Assembly (NCBI GenBank): GCA_965215565.1
Contig: CBDCDZ010000004.1
Coordinates: forward strand, 1,792,001-1,856,000
DNA length: 64,000 nucleotides
Origin: Trueperaceae bacterium
Lineage (GTDB): Bacteria > Deinococcota > Deinococci > Deinococcales > Trueperaceae
Reading direction: 5' to 3'
The notes below the pieces were generated by a model, which was not told the DNA's origin, did not search any database, and was given only the letters and a program-made list of their open reading frames with translations. The position numbers were made by a program, and so were the translations under genes. Below, piece after piece: positions 19,857 to 30,167 of the stretch; the stretch's first letter is position 1, and the number at the start of each line of letters is the position of its first letter.

Positions 19857-20036
19857 TCAAAGCGCGAAGAGCGCCGACACGCCGACAATCACGAAGCTCA
19901 AAATAGCGAGCAAAAAGCCGTGCAGGATAATTTTGGGGTAGCGCTCGCGCACGCCCTCGAAGATGGCAAGCGTAACCATCAAGACACCGACTAAAAAGAC
20001 AAGGGAACTGATAAAGAGGACGCGCTCGGGAATCAT
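19857..20036 (-). CDS. 59-aa two-TM membrane protein (not in ORF track)
   Basis: MIPERVLFISSLVFLVGVLMVTLAIFEGVRERYPKIILHGFLLAILSFVIVGVSALFAL*; starts 1 nt after upstream stop. Confidence 0.6.
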   Translation of the reverse strand: MIPERVLFISSLVFLVGVLMVTLAIFEGVRERYPKIILHGFLLAILSFVIVGVSALFAL

Positions 20037-20037
20037 C

Positions 20038-20289
20038 TTAGGTGAAAGGTGAGTTTAGCTCGAGGCTAGAATTGGGTGTTTGACTGTCCGGCACGGGCTC
20101 GGAGTTTTGAGCGGGTACCACGAGCGCGACTCCGACAAGGAGGATGAGAATGCCCACCATCAAGGTGCCGAAGCGTCCGAGAAAGCCTTTTTGTTGGTCC
20201 GCGCCCTCGTGCGTACTGCGGCGAATGCCGAGGAAGAGAAAGTAGCCGCCGACGAGAAGAACGGCGACGCCTATGAGTGTTTGTATCAT
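20038..20289 (-). CDS. Small two-TM membrane protein
   Basis: RBS GGAGGG before MIQTLIG; two hydrophobic helices. Confidence 0.65.
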   Translation of the reverse strand: MIQTLIGVAVLLVGGYFLFLGIRRSTHEGADQQKGFLGRFGTLMVGILILLVGVALVVPAQNSEPVPDSQTPNSSLELNSPFT

Positions 20290-20477
20290 CGTGCCCTCCA
20301 CCTCCATTATGACGTGCACGCCAAGGATGAAAATGCGTGGTGTAGCGCGTTCTTGCAAGTCGAACACTTGCGATTTTTACTCATCGCTCGTTCCTCATCA
20401 CTCGTTGCTTCTTTTGAGCGCTACGAAAAATATGTCGAGATTGAGTGGCAGAAGGCTCGAGCGGTTAAACTAAAGAG

Positions 20478-20795
20478 GTGCAAAGTCAAGCGAGCTTCCG
20501 CGAACGTGTGATTGCGCTCGTGTGCGCCGTGCCAGCGGGCAAGGTAGCAACGTACGGTCAGATTGCGCTTTTAGCGGGCAACCCGAGGGCGGCGCGGCAA
20601 GTTGGCGGCGTGCTCCACGGTTTACGTGAAAGCGAAGTGCCCTGGCAGCGCATCATCAACGCGCAGGGGGGTATCTCGACGTATAAGGTCGGCGCGGGCG
20701 AGTTGCAGCGGGCGCTTTTGGAGTCGGAGGGCGTCACCTTTGACGGAGAAGGGCGTTGCGACTTGGAGCGCTACCGCTGGTCAGAACCGAGTTGA
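20478..20795 (+). CDS. MGMT-family alkyltransferase-like protein (ATL)
   Basis: GKVATYGQIA, AARQVG, PWQRIIN (Trp in place of catalytic Cys). Confidence 0.88.
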   Translation: MQSQASFRERVIALVCAVPAGKVATYGQIALLAGNPRAARQVGGVLHGLRESEVPWQRIINAQGGISTYKVGAGELQRALLESEGVTFDGEGRCDLERYRWSEPS

Positions 20796-20801
20796 GCCGC
20801 C

Positions 20802-21770
20802 TTAGTCCGCCGCTTGGCGAACCGCCTCGTCAGCGCCCGTCCTGGGCTCGTAATAGTCAGGCACGAGTACCTTGACGCCGTTCGGCACCACCTCGACTTC
20901 CAGAGGCGTCTGCCCGAGTGGATCGCCGTCGATCTGGGTGGGCAGCGGCGTTTCGGCGCTGATACGTATCTTACGCCCCTTGTAGTAGCGCAAATCGCGG
21001 TAGTTGGAGAAGTCGCCGCGCAGCACGCGCCAGGTGAGCCGCAAGATGTCGCGCAGCCCTACTGAAGCGACGACGACCACGTCGAGTGTTCCGTCGTGAT
21101 GCCAGATGTCTGGACCCAACATGACATTGGCGTCGTCGATGCGCCCGACGTTCGCCACCATCGCCGTGTGCGCTTGCACCTTTTTGACTTCGCCGTCGAT
21201 CTCTAAGGTGATGTTCGTCTTGCGCAAGCTGAAAAGCTGCTTGACGCCGACGAGCACGTAAGCGATGAAGCCGAGCCGCCGCTTGAGGCTGCGCGGCGAG
21301 TCCTCGATGATGTGCGCGTCGTAGCCTGCGCCGATGATGAGCGCGAAGTAGCGGTTGTGTTGGGGCAAGTAGCCGACATCTAGGTCAACCGTCTTGCTCT
21401 GACCGCCGAAGATGACCTCGACAGCTTTGTCCAAGTTACGCGAGATGCTGAGCGCCTGCGCGATGAGGCTCGCCGTACCGGTAGGAAGCTGCGCGAGCGG
21501 GATGCTGCTTTCACCCTGAATAAGCCCCGTGATCGCCTCAACGATGGTGCCGTCGCCGCCCGAGGCAAGTACCAAATCAAAGCCTTCGCGCTCGGCTCCT
21601 TTAGCCCACTTCAGGGCGTCGCCGTCGCCTTGGGTACGGCGGACCTCAATGTCGACGCCAGCCTCCCGTGCTCGCTCCTGGAGCATCGCTTCGGTGTCGT
21701 TGGGGTCTTGAAGTCCAGACACCGGGTTGATAATCGCCAGGATGCGCCGATAAGACGTGTGCTTAGCCAT
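20802..21770 (-). CDS. Diacylglycerol/lipid kinase family protein
   Basis: IINPVSG, SGGDGT, LPTGT, QIDGD. Confidence 0.9.
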   Translation of the reverse strand: MAKHTSYRRILAIINPVSGLQDPNDTEAMLQERAREAGVDIEVRRTQGDGDALKWAKGAEREGFDLVLASGGDGTIVEAITGLIQGESSIPLAQLPTGTASLIAQALSISRNLDKAVEVIFGGQSKTVDLDVGYLPQHNRYFALIIGAGYDAHIIEDSPRSLKRRLGFIAYVLVGVKQLFSLRKTNITLEIDGEVKKVQAHTAMVANVGRIDDANVMLGPDIWHHDGTLDVVVVASVGLRDILRLTWRVLRGDFSNYRDLRYYKGRKIRISAETPLPTQIDGDPLGQTPLEVEVVPNGVKVLVPDYYEPRTGADEAVRQAAD

Positions 21771-21834
21771 GACCTCACTATGACACATTGATATGTTGAG
21801 ACCTTGAAAGTTGGTTGAAGACACGAAAGTACAG

Positions 21835-22712
21835 TAGACCTCTTGCAAAAGTAGACATATAGCTGCAAAGTAAGGCTATGCGATACGAAGAGATTAGAGG
21901 ACTAGCGCCAGAAGGGTTCAGACGTTTGACAGGCGTCAAGCCTGGTGTGTTCAAACAGATGCTCGACGTTCTAGGAGAAGCTGAACGGCAGAAGAAGAAG
22001 GCGGGACGCACAAGCAAACTCAGCTTGGAGGACAAACTGCTCTTAGCGCTGTCGTACTGGCGCGAATACAGGACGCAGTTTCATATTGCGGCGAGTTACG
22101 GACTGCACGAGTCCACAGCGAACCGGATCATCACACGGATTGAAGACGTACTCATCGCTTCAGGCAAGTTCAGCTTACCTAAAAGGCGCGAGGTGGAAGA
22201 GATTGAGTGGACTGTCGTCTTGATTGATGTCACCGAGACGCCTATTGAGAAGCCCAAAAAAAGGAGCGACGTTACTTTAGCGGAAAAAAGCAGCGCCACA
22301 CGCTGAAGAGTCAAGTGCTGGTAGACGCAAGTGACACGAGGATTCTTTCAACAGCCCACGCCAAAGGTCCCAAGCACGACTACAAGCTGTTCAAAGAAAC
22401 AGCCCCTAGGTGTAAACCTGAAGTCTGGTACGTCGCTGATAGCGGCTATCAAGGCTTAGCAACGCGTCATCCACAGACCTGCTTGCCCGTCAAAAAGCCT
22501 AAGGGCGGTGAGCTTAGTGATGAAGCCAAACAACACAACCGCGCTCTAGGACGCTTCCGCATCGCGGTAGAACATGTGATTCGTTCGCTCAAGATCTGGC
22601 GTATCCTCAAAGAAACTTACCGTAATAGGCGCAAGCGCTTCTCCTTACGCTTCAACCTCATCGCCGGGCTCATCAACGCCAACCTCGATTCATGACTTTT
22701 GCAAGAGGTCTA
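21835..22712 (+). mobile_element. Complete IS5-family (ISL2/IS702-like) insertion sequence
   Basis: Perfect terminal IRs TAGACCTCTTGCAAAAGT / ACTTTTGCAAGAGGTCTA, including probable TA target duplication. Confidence 0.92.
21878..22695 (+). CDS. DDE transposase in two frames joined by -1 frameshift at A-AAA-AAG (22256-22263)
   Basis: orfA (FRRLTGV, YWREYRT, IDVTE); -1 frame gives KKERRYFSGKKQRHTLKSQVLVD...ADSGYQG...RIAVEHVIR. Confidence 0.88.
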
Positions 22713-22884
22713 GTAGTCGGCGGTCAGAATTCAGCAGTCAGTAGCCCTCTCTATGCTGACTACTGAATCCCGACGACTGACTACGCCAGCCCATCCTTTG
22801 CTGGTGTACTTAACCGACTTTCCGTTCAATCTCCACTACCTCGTTCCGGGAGCTAGCGCGAGAGTTTTCTCGTATGATGGGCTT

Positions 22885-24033
22885 ATGACGACATCAAGCG
22901 CTGAACTCCAGTTGGCACAAAAACTCGTCCAGGCGGCGAGTCCTTCAGGCAAAGAGTCGCCCGCCGCGCAGGTACTCATAGAAGCGTTCGAGGAACTAGG
23001 CTTCGACGAGGCGTATATCGACAACGCGGGCAACGCCGTCGGCACGCTTCTACGCGGCGACGGTCCTACGGTCATGCTGAACGGTCACATCGACACCGTA
23101 CCCTTAGGCGACGAGGAATTATGGCCGCATCCGCCCCTGTCGGGCGACATTGTAGACGGGCGCATGTGGGGACGCGGCGCGTGCGATATGAAGTCCGCAC
23201 TGGCGTGTATGGTCTACGCGGCGAAAGATGTCGCGGACGAGATTCAGGGCACGCTGATGGTCACGGGCGTCGTGCAAGAAGAGGTCGGCGGTTTAGGCGC
23301 ACGCTTTCTAGGCGAGACGGTGCAAACCGACGTGGTGATTTTAGGCGAGCCGAGCAAGATGCGGCTCATGCTAGGACATCGCGGGCGCGTCGAGGTCGAG
23401 GTCAAGTTGCCCGGCAAGATCGCGCACGCGGCGAAAAATGAACTCGGCGACAACGCGCTCTACCACGCCTCGCACCTCTTGTCGCGCTTAGAGGGGCTCG
23501 AGCTACCCTCCGGTGGTCCGCTAGGCTCCTCCACCCTCACGCCCACCTTCCTCACCTCTTACCCGCAAGACGGTAAAAACGTCGTGCCGGGTCACGCCGA
23601 GCTGACCATCGACTACCGCAACCTCCCCGATGACGAGCCTGAAGCGGTCTTGAAACGCCTGCAAGCCTTGGAGCCCAACGCAAGCTTCCACATCCCCACC
23701 GAAAACGCTGTGAGCGAAAGCGAAGAGGTCCACTACGAGTTCCCGCGCATCATCCCGCCCTACCTCGCGCCAGGCGAAAACGCGCACGTCAACACGGCGC
23801 GGCAGGTTTTGAAAGAGGTCTTGAAGGGGGAGGAGATCGAATACGCCGAATCAACCTGGTGGTTCGGCACGGACGCGCCGCACCTAGCCAAGATGGGCGC
23901 GGTCGTCGTCGGCTTTGGTCCCGGCGAAGAAGAACTCGCGCACACGACGCAAGAGAGCATCCCGCTGGAGCACCTTCGTGTTGCCCGAAAAGGATACGCC
24001 GCGCTCGTTCGCGCGTATATGGGTCGCCGATGA
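22885..24033 (+). CDS. M20 metallopeptidase/deacetylase (ArgE/LysK-like)
   Basis: NGHIDTV, GRGACDMK, QEEVG, GEPS, FGPG...AH. Confidence 0.88.
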   Translation: MTTSSAELQLAQKLVQAASPSGKESPAAQVLIEAFEELGFDEAYIDNAGNAVGTLLRGDGPTVMLNGHIDTVPLGDEELWPHPPLSGDIVDGRMWGRGACDMKSALACMVYAAKDVADEIQGTLMVTGVVQEEVGGLGARFLGETVQTDVVILGEPSKMRLMLGHRGRVEVEVKLPGKIAHAAKNELGDNALYHASHLLSRLEGLELPSGGPLGSSTLTPTFLTSYPQDGKNVVPGHAELTIDYRNLPDDEPEAVLKRLQALEPNASFHIPTENAVSESEEVHYEFPRIIPPYLAPGENAHVNTARQVLKEVLKGEEIEYAESTWWFGTDAPHLAKMGAVVVGFGPGEEELAHTTQESIPLEHLRVARKGYAALVRAYMGRR

Positions 24034-24386
24034 AGGGGGAAACTACACTCATTAACGGAGACACCTGGACTGTCGTAGACGTTGCGCCCGCCGAACCGCT
24101 TGCGGAGATGGTGGCGGCGATTTTAGAGGAAGAGGGCTTTGTGACGATAGTGCGCGGTGCGGGAGGGGTAGCGGCGGATATGCTGTCGTCCTTAGGTGCT
24201 TACACAACGGAGACCACGCTCGTGCTCGTACCCGAAGCGCAGGCGCAAGCCGCGCTAGACCTCATCGCGGAGACGGTGACGGACTATGAGGGGGAGGAGT
24301 TAGATGTGCTTTTGGAGGAGATGGCGAGTCTGGAGGGGGACACGGGAGAATTTGAAGAGGTTGAGGAGGGTCCGAGCGAGCGCTAG
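24030..24386 (+). CDS. Hypothetical acidic protein (DUF2007-like)
   Basis: AEMVAAILEEEG, VLVPE..A..A; ATGA overlap with upstream gene. Confidence 0.65.
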   Translation: MKGETTLINGDTWTVVDVAPAEPLAEMVAAILEEEGFVTIVRGAGGVAADMLSSLGAYTTETTLVLVPEAQAQAALDLIAETVTDYEGEELDVLLEEMASLEGDTGEFEEVEEGPSER

Positions 24387-24434
24387 TTGAGCGAAACTTC
24401 TTCCAACTTCGCACCTAGGCGTTATAATACTGTT

Positions 24435-24710
24435 GTGGAATTCGATTGGGACGACGGTAAAGCAACATCCAATCAAGCTAAACACGATTTCAGTTTTGAA
24501 GAAGCTAAGTCTGTCTTTTCCAATCCTCTAGCTGTTATTTTTGGCGACGAAGCGCACTCGGACGAGGAAAACCGCGAAATTATCATCGGTCATTCTCAGA
24601 AAGGCCGTTTGCTACTCGTTAGCTTCACTGAACGCTTAGAGCGAATCCATATTATCAGCGTAAGGAAAGCCACGCGAAACGAGAGAAAGGATTATGAACA
24701 TGCCTTCTGA
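24435..24710 (+). CDS. brnT: BrnT family toxin
   Basis: EFDWDDGKA.SN..KH..SFEEA, IISVRKATRNER; TATAAT-6-GTG. Confidence 0.9.
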   Translation: MEFDWDDGKATSNQAKHDFSFEEAKSVFSNPLAVIFGDEAHSDEENREIIIGHSQKGRLLLVSFTERLERIHIISVRKATRNERKDYEHAF

Positions 24711-24900
24711 CAAAGATGACCTTTTACCCGAATACGAGTTCGATTACAGCAACGCCAAACCCAACCGTTTCGCCGTGGGTGAACGCACCGTGGTTGTGCT
24801 CGACGAAGACTTGTCGGAAGTGTTCAAAACGTCCGAATCGGTCAACAAAGCCCTGCGAGCCCTGCTCGAGGCTATGCCGCCCGATTCCACCGCCGCTTAA
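24694..24900 (+). CDS. BrnA-like antitoxin
   Basis: DDLLPEYEFDYS...VNKALR; overlaps brnT. Confidence 0.8.
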   Translation: MNMPSDKDDLLPEYEFDYSNAKPNRFAVGERTVVVLDEDLSEVFKTSESVNKALRALLEAMPPDSTAA

Positions 24901-24938
24901 CTCGGTATTACCGAGCCCCACATTACTAAATTAAACTG

Positions 24939-25520
24939 ATGACCCAGTTCGACTTCATCGGTACTCAACCTGACTTAGCCAACCTCTCTATCGACGGTGA
25001 GCGCATCCGCTTAGTCAGCATCTCGAGAGCTTACGAGCAAGACATCTTCGAGGAATTCACGAGCGACGTCGCGACATATATGATTCCTAAAGCTGCCGAA
25101 ACCATCGAAGAGACGCGGGCGTTTATCGACTCGAGCCTCGAGGGGTTTACCAGAGCAGACAACCTCGTCTTCGTCATCTTGGATAAGCAGACGGACGAGT
25201 TTTTGGGCTGCTGCGGCTTGCACGGGCGCGGCGACGTGAAAAACCCCGAGTTCGGCATCTGGCTCAAGAGGTTGGCGCACGGCAGAGGGTTGGGGCGGGA
25301 GGTGATTCGCACCCTCGCGCTGTGGGCGCAGGAGCATATTAAGCTCGAGTCGTTCATTTATCCGGTGGATAAGCGCAACATGTCGAGCCGAAAGATTCCT
25401 GAATCTCTGGGCGGTGTTATCTTTGCAGAAGGAATTGATGAGGGGATGGCGGGTAATGTGCTGGAAGAGGTCGTGTATAGGATTGCTGTGCCGGTGAGCT
25501 TGAGTGCCAAACTTAATTAA
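24939..25520 (+). CDS. GNAT acetyltransferase (RimJ/RimL type)
   Basis: GIWLK..AHGRGLGRE, N.SSRKI.E.LG. Confidence 0.85.
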   Translation: MTQFDFIGTQPDLANLSIDGERIRLVSISRAYEQDIFEEFTSDVATYMIPKAAETIEETRAFIDSSLEGFTRADNLVFVILDKQTDEFLGCCGLHGRGDVKNPEFGIWLKRLAHGRGLGREVIRTLALWAQEHIKLESFIYPVDKRNMSSRKIPESLGGVIFAEGIDEGMAGNVLEEVVYRIAVPVSLSAKLN

Positions 25521-25542
25521 GTTCTTCTGCTAAAATTATTCG

Positions 25543-26121
25543 GTGTTTCGTCTTGACTTTCCGATTTACACAGAACGACTTCTTTTGCGACCATTCAAAG
25601 GAAACGATTTTGATGATGTTTTTGCCTACTACTCGCAATCTGATGTTGCGAAGTACCTTTACTGGAACGCTCGAGACGAGGACGAAACGAAAGAAGCCTT
25701 GAAACAAAGAATGCGAGATGTCGAATTTGTACGTGAAGGTGACGCGCTATGCCTAGCTGTCGTTCTTGAAACTATTCAGAAAGTTATCGGTGAAGTCACG
25801 CTGTTCTGGCGCAGCGAAAAGCATCGGCAGGGCGAAATTGGCTTTATCTTCAACCCTCAGTTCAGTGGGTACGGTTATGCCACGGAAGCAAGCAAGGTTC
25901 TACTCGAAATTGGTTTTGAGAAGATGAAATTACACCGCATGTACGGCAGATGCGATGCTCGAAACGTAGCATCTTACAAACTGATGGAAAGGCTCAATAT
26001 GCGGCGCGAAGCACACCTAATTCATAACGAGCGGTTCAAGGGTGAGTGGGGCGACGAGCTGATTTACGCTTTGTTACAAACAGAGTGGGAAAGTCGTGAT
26101 GCGTCTATTTGCGGGTCTTGA
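25543..26121 (+). CDS. GNAT acetyltransferase (RimJ/RimL type)
   Basis: TERLLLRPF, GYGYATEA, N.ASYKLMERL.M. Confidence 0.88.
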   Translation: MFRLDFPIYTERLLLRPFKGNDFDDVFAYYSQSDVAKYLYWNARDEDETKEALKQRMRDVEFVREGDALCLAVVLETIQKVIGEVTLFWRSEKHRQGEIGFIFNPQFSGYGYATEASKVLLEIGFEKMKLHRMYGRCDARNVASYKLMERLNMRREAHLIHNERFKGEWGDELIYALLQTEWESRDASICGS

Positions 26122-26202
26122 TTAGACGCTGTAACAGGCGTTGAACCGATTTATGGAGGTCGAAAGTTCAGCCTACTTTCACGCCTTTAGGCTAATTTCG
26201 CT

Positions 26203-27264
26203 TCAATTATCCTCTTGCATCCGCGCAAAAATCATCCGCCCCATGTTGGTCTGCAAATTACTCGTCACGACAGTCTGCACCGTATTTCCGACAAGATGCG
26301 CTGAATCTTCCACCACGACCATCGTGCCGTCTTCTAAGTAGGCGAGCCCCTGCCCCGGCTCACGTCCCGCCCGGACGATGTGCAAGGCGAGCAGTTCGCC
26401 CGGCAGATAACTCGCTTTAACGGCGTTGGCGAGTTGATTGACGTTCAAGACCTTGACGCCTTGTAGCGCGGCGACACGGTTGAGGTTGAAGTCCGTGGTG
26501 ATGAGGTCCGCGTTTCTCTCTAAGCAGAGCTTGACGAGCTTGGCGTCCACTTCAGGAACGTCTGCGAAGTCGTCCGAGACAACCTCCGCGCTGACGCTGC
26601 GCCCCTGCACGAGCCTATCGAGCATGTCCAGACCTCTTCGTCCGCGTTTGCGGCGTAAGGGGTCGTCGGAGTCGGCGATGTGTTGCAGTTCGCCCAGCAC
26701 GAAATGAGGAATGAGCAGGCGGCTGTCGATGAAGTTGGCTTCGGCGACGTCGACGATGCGTCCGTCGATAATGGCGGAGGTGTCCACGACTTTGGCGAAG
26801 GTGTTGGCAAATGGTTGTGTGGGCGCGGAAGAGGTGGCGGAGGTAGAAGGCTCGAGCAGCCGCTGCCCCGCAAAAAGCTGCCGGTTCACTACGAAAAACC
26901 ATGAGGACGCCGTGACGAGCACGAGCGCGATCAGGAGCGAGAAGTACCAGGTAAAGCCGGGGATAGATTCTAAAACGCTGTTGAGCAACACGGTGATGAG
27001 GAGCGCCACCGTCGCACCGACGCCCGCCGCGAGAATGGCGTCCGGTGGAATACGTTTGACGCGCCCCGACAAACGCTGCCAGACCACGACCCAACGCCGC
27101 GCAATAGGCGGGCTGACGAGGTAGCCGATGAGTAGGCCCGCTAGCGTGAGGTAGACGAGGTTGATAGGACCGCTCAGCACCTCTCTATCCGCGAGCCACT
27201 GCGCGAGCACAAGCCCCGCCACCGCGCCCAAGAGACTGAGAAGACCTCTAGCTAGAAGATACAT
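26203..27264 (-). CDS. PIN/TRAM domain membrane protein (YacL-like)
   Basis: DTSAIIDGR, RGRRGLD, TTDFNL, YLEDGTMVVVE, GRMIFA; follows radA. Confidence 0.92.
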   Translation of the reverse strand: MYLLARGLLSLLGAVAGLVLAQWLADREVLSGPINLVYLTLAGLLIGYLVSPPIARRWVVVWQRLSGRVKRIPPDAILAAGVGATVALLITVLLNSVLESIPGFTWYFSLLIALVLVTASSWFFVVNRQLFAGQRLLEPSTSATSSAPTQPFANTFAKVVDTSAIIDGRIVDVAEANFIDSRLLIPHFVLGELQHIADSDDPLRRKRGRRGLDMLDRLVQGRSVSAEVVSDDFADVPEVDAKLVKLCLERNADLITTDFNLNRVAALQGVKVLNVNQLANAVKASYLPGELLALHIVRAGREPGQGLAYLEDGTMVVVEDSAHLVGNTVQTVVTSNLQTNMGRMIFARMQEDN

Positions 27265-27322
27265 CGCCCACTACCATACAGGATAGGACCCTGGAAACGG
27301 TGCAAAAAGAGTACACCTGTCT

Positions 27323-28675
27323 TTACGCCTCCCACGCCGCTTTGAGCGCCGCCGCGAGCGAATCTACGCCGACGACGCCGCTTCGTTTATCCACGCCGAC
27401 ATCGTACGAGGGCGGACCGATAAAGCGCGGGAAGCTCGCTTTGGACGCCTCGGAAACGCGCCGCACGAGCTGCGAGACGCTCCGCAGTTCGCCCGCCAAG
27501 CCGACTTCGCCCACGACGGCGGTACCTTCGGGGACGGTGCGGTTGGTCACGGCGGAGTAGACCGCTAAAGCCACGGCGAGGTCGGTGCCGGGATCGGTGA
27601 GGCGCAAGCCGCCCGCGACGTTGACGTAGATGTCTAGTCCTGCTAGGGGAAGCTCGAGCCTCCTTTCCAATACCGCCAACACCACATCCACGCGCCGCTG
27701 ATCGAGCCCCTGCACGATGCGCCGGGGCGAGGCGTACGGTGACTTCGCGGCGAGGGCTTGCACCTCTAAAAGAAGGGGGCGCTGTCCCTCTAACGCTGCG
27801 ACGACGGCGGAGCCGGGCACGCCGAGCGGTCTTTCGGCTAAAAAGGCTTCGGACGGGTTGGCGACAGGCGTCATCCCGTCGTGTGTCATCTCGAAGACGC
27901 CCATCTCACCCGCGGGTCCGAAGCGGTTTTTGAGCGCCCGCAAGACGCGAAAGCCCGACGCGCTCTCTAACGCGAGGGTGGTGTCCACCATGTGCTCGAT
28001 AACTTTAGGTCCAGCGATGCTGCCCTGCTTGGTGACGTGACCGATCAAAACGAGCGTAGCATCCGCCTCTTTCGCCGCTTGGGTCAGAAGAGCGGTGGCG
28101 TCGCGTACCTGGCTCAGGCTACCCGGTGTGCCGCTGTCGTCCGCTAAGAGAGTCTGGATAGAATCGACAATCACGAGGCGTGGTCTAGCCGTGCGCAGAT
28201 GCTCAGCGAGGACGCGAGCGTCCGTCTCGCGGGTGAGTTGCAAAGAGGTATCCACCCCCAAACGCTCGGCTCGCAGCTTGACCTGTGCGAGCGACTCCTC
28301 GCCTGCCACGTAGAGCGTCTCTCTCGCTCGCCGCACCGAAGCGTGCGAAAGCTGTAAAAGCAGTGTGGACTTGCCGATGCCCGGCTCGCCCGCGAGGAGG
28401 AGCACCGCGCCCGCCACCCAGCCGCCGCCCAAGACGCGGTCGACCTCATCTAAACCGGAGGTCGAGCGGAGCGCGTCCGTGCTTTTCACGTCGGCGAGGC
28501 TCTGTACGGTGGCGCTGTAGAGGGCGCTACGCGCCTTGCCTGCTGAGGTTGGGGTGGGGCGCTCGAGCTTAGGCTCCATGCTGCCCCACGCGCCGCAGCG
28601 CGGACACTTGCCCATCTGTACGGGCGACTGGGTGCCGCACTCGCTACATACATAGGTTGTGGTGACCTTAGCCAC
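27323..28675 (-). CDS. radA: DNA repair protein RadA/Sms
   Basis: C4 zinc finger, GEPGIGKST, KNRFG, Lon-like C-terminus. Confidence 0.97.
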   Translation of the reverse strand: MAKVTTTYVCSECGTQSPVQMGKCPRCGAWGSMEPKLERPTPTSAGKARSALYSATVQSLADVKSTDALRSTSGLDEVDRVLGGGWVAGAVLLLAGEPGIGKSTLLLQLSHASVRRARETLYVAGEESLAQVKLRAERLGVDTSLQLTRETDARVLAEHLRTARPRLVIVDSIQTLLADDSGTPGSLSQVRDATALLTQAAKEADATLVLIGHVTKQGSIAGPKVIEHMVDTTLALESASGFRVLRALKNRFGPAGEMGVFEMTHDGMTPVANPSEAFLAERPLGVPGSAVVAALEGQRPLLLEVQALAAKSPYASPRRIVQGLDQRRVDVVLAVLERRLELPLAGLDIYVNVAGGLRLTDPGTDLAVALAVYSAVTNRTVPEGTAVVGEVGLAGELRSVSQLVRRVSEASKASFPRFIGPPSYDVGVDKRSGVVGVDSLAAALKAAWEA

Positions 28676-29385
28676 AGTCAGCCACCGCTACGTTCACATG
28701 TCGTTCGTGTAGTTCGCGTCATCGGGATATATCATACCTTTGCCGGGAGACGCAGCCCGCATTGGAGGGTACGCCCTTACGGTCCCGAAACGCTTCGCTC
28801 TATGAAGAATGCCACATCTACGCTCGACTGCTCCGCAGTGAAGAGGACCCTATTGCCCTCAATAGTTACGGTATTTGCCCCCTAGTTTATACGCGCTAAG
28901 ATTGAAGCGAAAACTCCATTTTAATCGTGCTGCAGAGTACTTTCAGCTATTTCCTAGCTGATAAGAATCGAACAGTTTAGCTCCAGGCCTGGTACAAACG
29001 CACCAGCCGATCTTCACCCAAAAGATAGCAATAAACCTGCATAGCTATAGGTATAACGCTGAAAGTTGGGTACTGAAATCTAAGCTAATAGAGCTAAATG
29101 TACCTATACACGTTGTGAAATCCTTCGTATACTTCAGTTCAGGCTCATACAGAAGTCGGGTATCAAAAAAGCGTAATTTGGTGGACGTGACAGCTTACCG
29201 TGAACGAGTGACCGACGATGCGCTAAGGTGCACGCTGAGACGGGTGGAGCGACGAACGAGTAAGGGGGAGCAGTGAGCGAAACGTGTAGCGGTTCGACAT
29301 ACCTCGCGGCGCACAGTGTGAGCGCCGCGCGTGTAGATAAGGGCAGGTTCAACCTAAGCCACTCGAGCGGAAGGGACAAACACAT

Positions 29386-30024
29386 ATGAATCAGATTCTG
29401 AACGAAGTAAGCGCCATGAACGTCAACTTGGAGGCTCCCAGCCAGACCTTGAAGTTCCAGCGCAAGCAGACGCTCTACCATAACGGTGACCCTGCACAGT
29501 CCGTTTTCCGCGTCAAAGATGGTCTTATCCGCATCACCCGCATGACGCCTGAAGGTCGCATTCTCACGGTGCGCCACGTGATGCCCGGTGACTTTTTCGG
29601 CGAAGAAGCGTTTATGGATTCTAAGCGTGAAGAGATTGCAGAAGCGCTCACCAACGCGCAGATTGAGGCGATTGACCCCCAGATGATCAACCACAGCGAC
29701 CTTATGACTATCACCCAGTCCTTATCACGCCAGATGCAGCGCCTGATGGACTACGAGTACCATCTGCAGACGGGCGACTTGCGGCAGCGCGTCGCACGCT
29801 ATTTGATCAAACTCTCCGAGACCCCGCTAGCCTCAGAAAACGACGAGGGGCGCATCGTCGTCTCCGCGACGCACGAACTCATCGCTGAGGGAACTGCGAG
29901 CACGCGCGAGAGCGTATCGAAGATCATCACCGAGCTTAGAAGCGAAGGGCTCATCGAGTCGGGCTACCGCTCCATCGTGCTCTTAGCGCCAAGTGAGCTA
30001 GACGAGATCGCGCAGGGATTGTAG
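29386..30024 (+). CDS. ldrP: CRP/FNR family transcriptional regulator, Thermus LdrP-like
   Basis: RHVMPGDFFGEEA, YEYHLQTGDLR.R.ARYL, TASTRESVSK recalled as matching LdrP; family certain, orthology from memory. Confidence 0.75.
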   Translation: MNQILNEVSAMNVNLEAPSQTLKFQRKQTLYHNGDPAQSVFRVKDGLIRITRMTPEGRILTVRHVMPGDFFGEEAFMDSKREEIAEALTNAQIEAIDPQMINHSDLMTITQSLSRQMQRLMDYEYHLQTGDLRQRVARYLIKLSETPLASENDEGRIVVSATHELIAEGTASTRESVSKIITELRSEGLIESGYRSIVLLAPSELDEIAQGL

Positions 30025-30041
30025 CTGAACGGGTGAGATGA

Positions 30042-30136
30042 ATTTAAGTCCAAAAGCCTAAATTTTCCAGGCTTTTGGACTTAAAGTTTGGTGAAGTTTG
30101 TAAAGAGGTGCTGACGAAAGTTGGCACCTCTTCTTT
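30042..30136. terminator. Two hairpins after CRP gene
   Basis: TTTAAGTCCAAAAGCCT..AGGCTTTTGGACTTAAA and AAGAGGTGC..GCACCTCTT-CTTT. Confidence 0.6.
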
Positions 30137-30167
30137 GTACGTTTGTGACGGGCATCCCTCTATGTCA

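Noticed and set aside
21835..22712. IS5 as mobiliser of the dispersed repeat
   Set aside because: Terminal sequences share only TAG; the IRs are otherwise unrelated.
22753..22884. N-terminal extensions in the ORF track (also 7896, 11394, 12827, 21848, 23859, 54692, 56818)
   Set aside because: They run through repeats, promoters or neighbouring genes; downstream starts have a -10 box or RBS.
29134..29694. 186-aa minus-strand ORF
   Set aside because: Overlaps the CRP gene antisense; no recognisable features.
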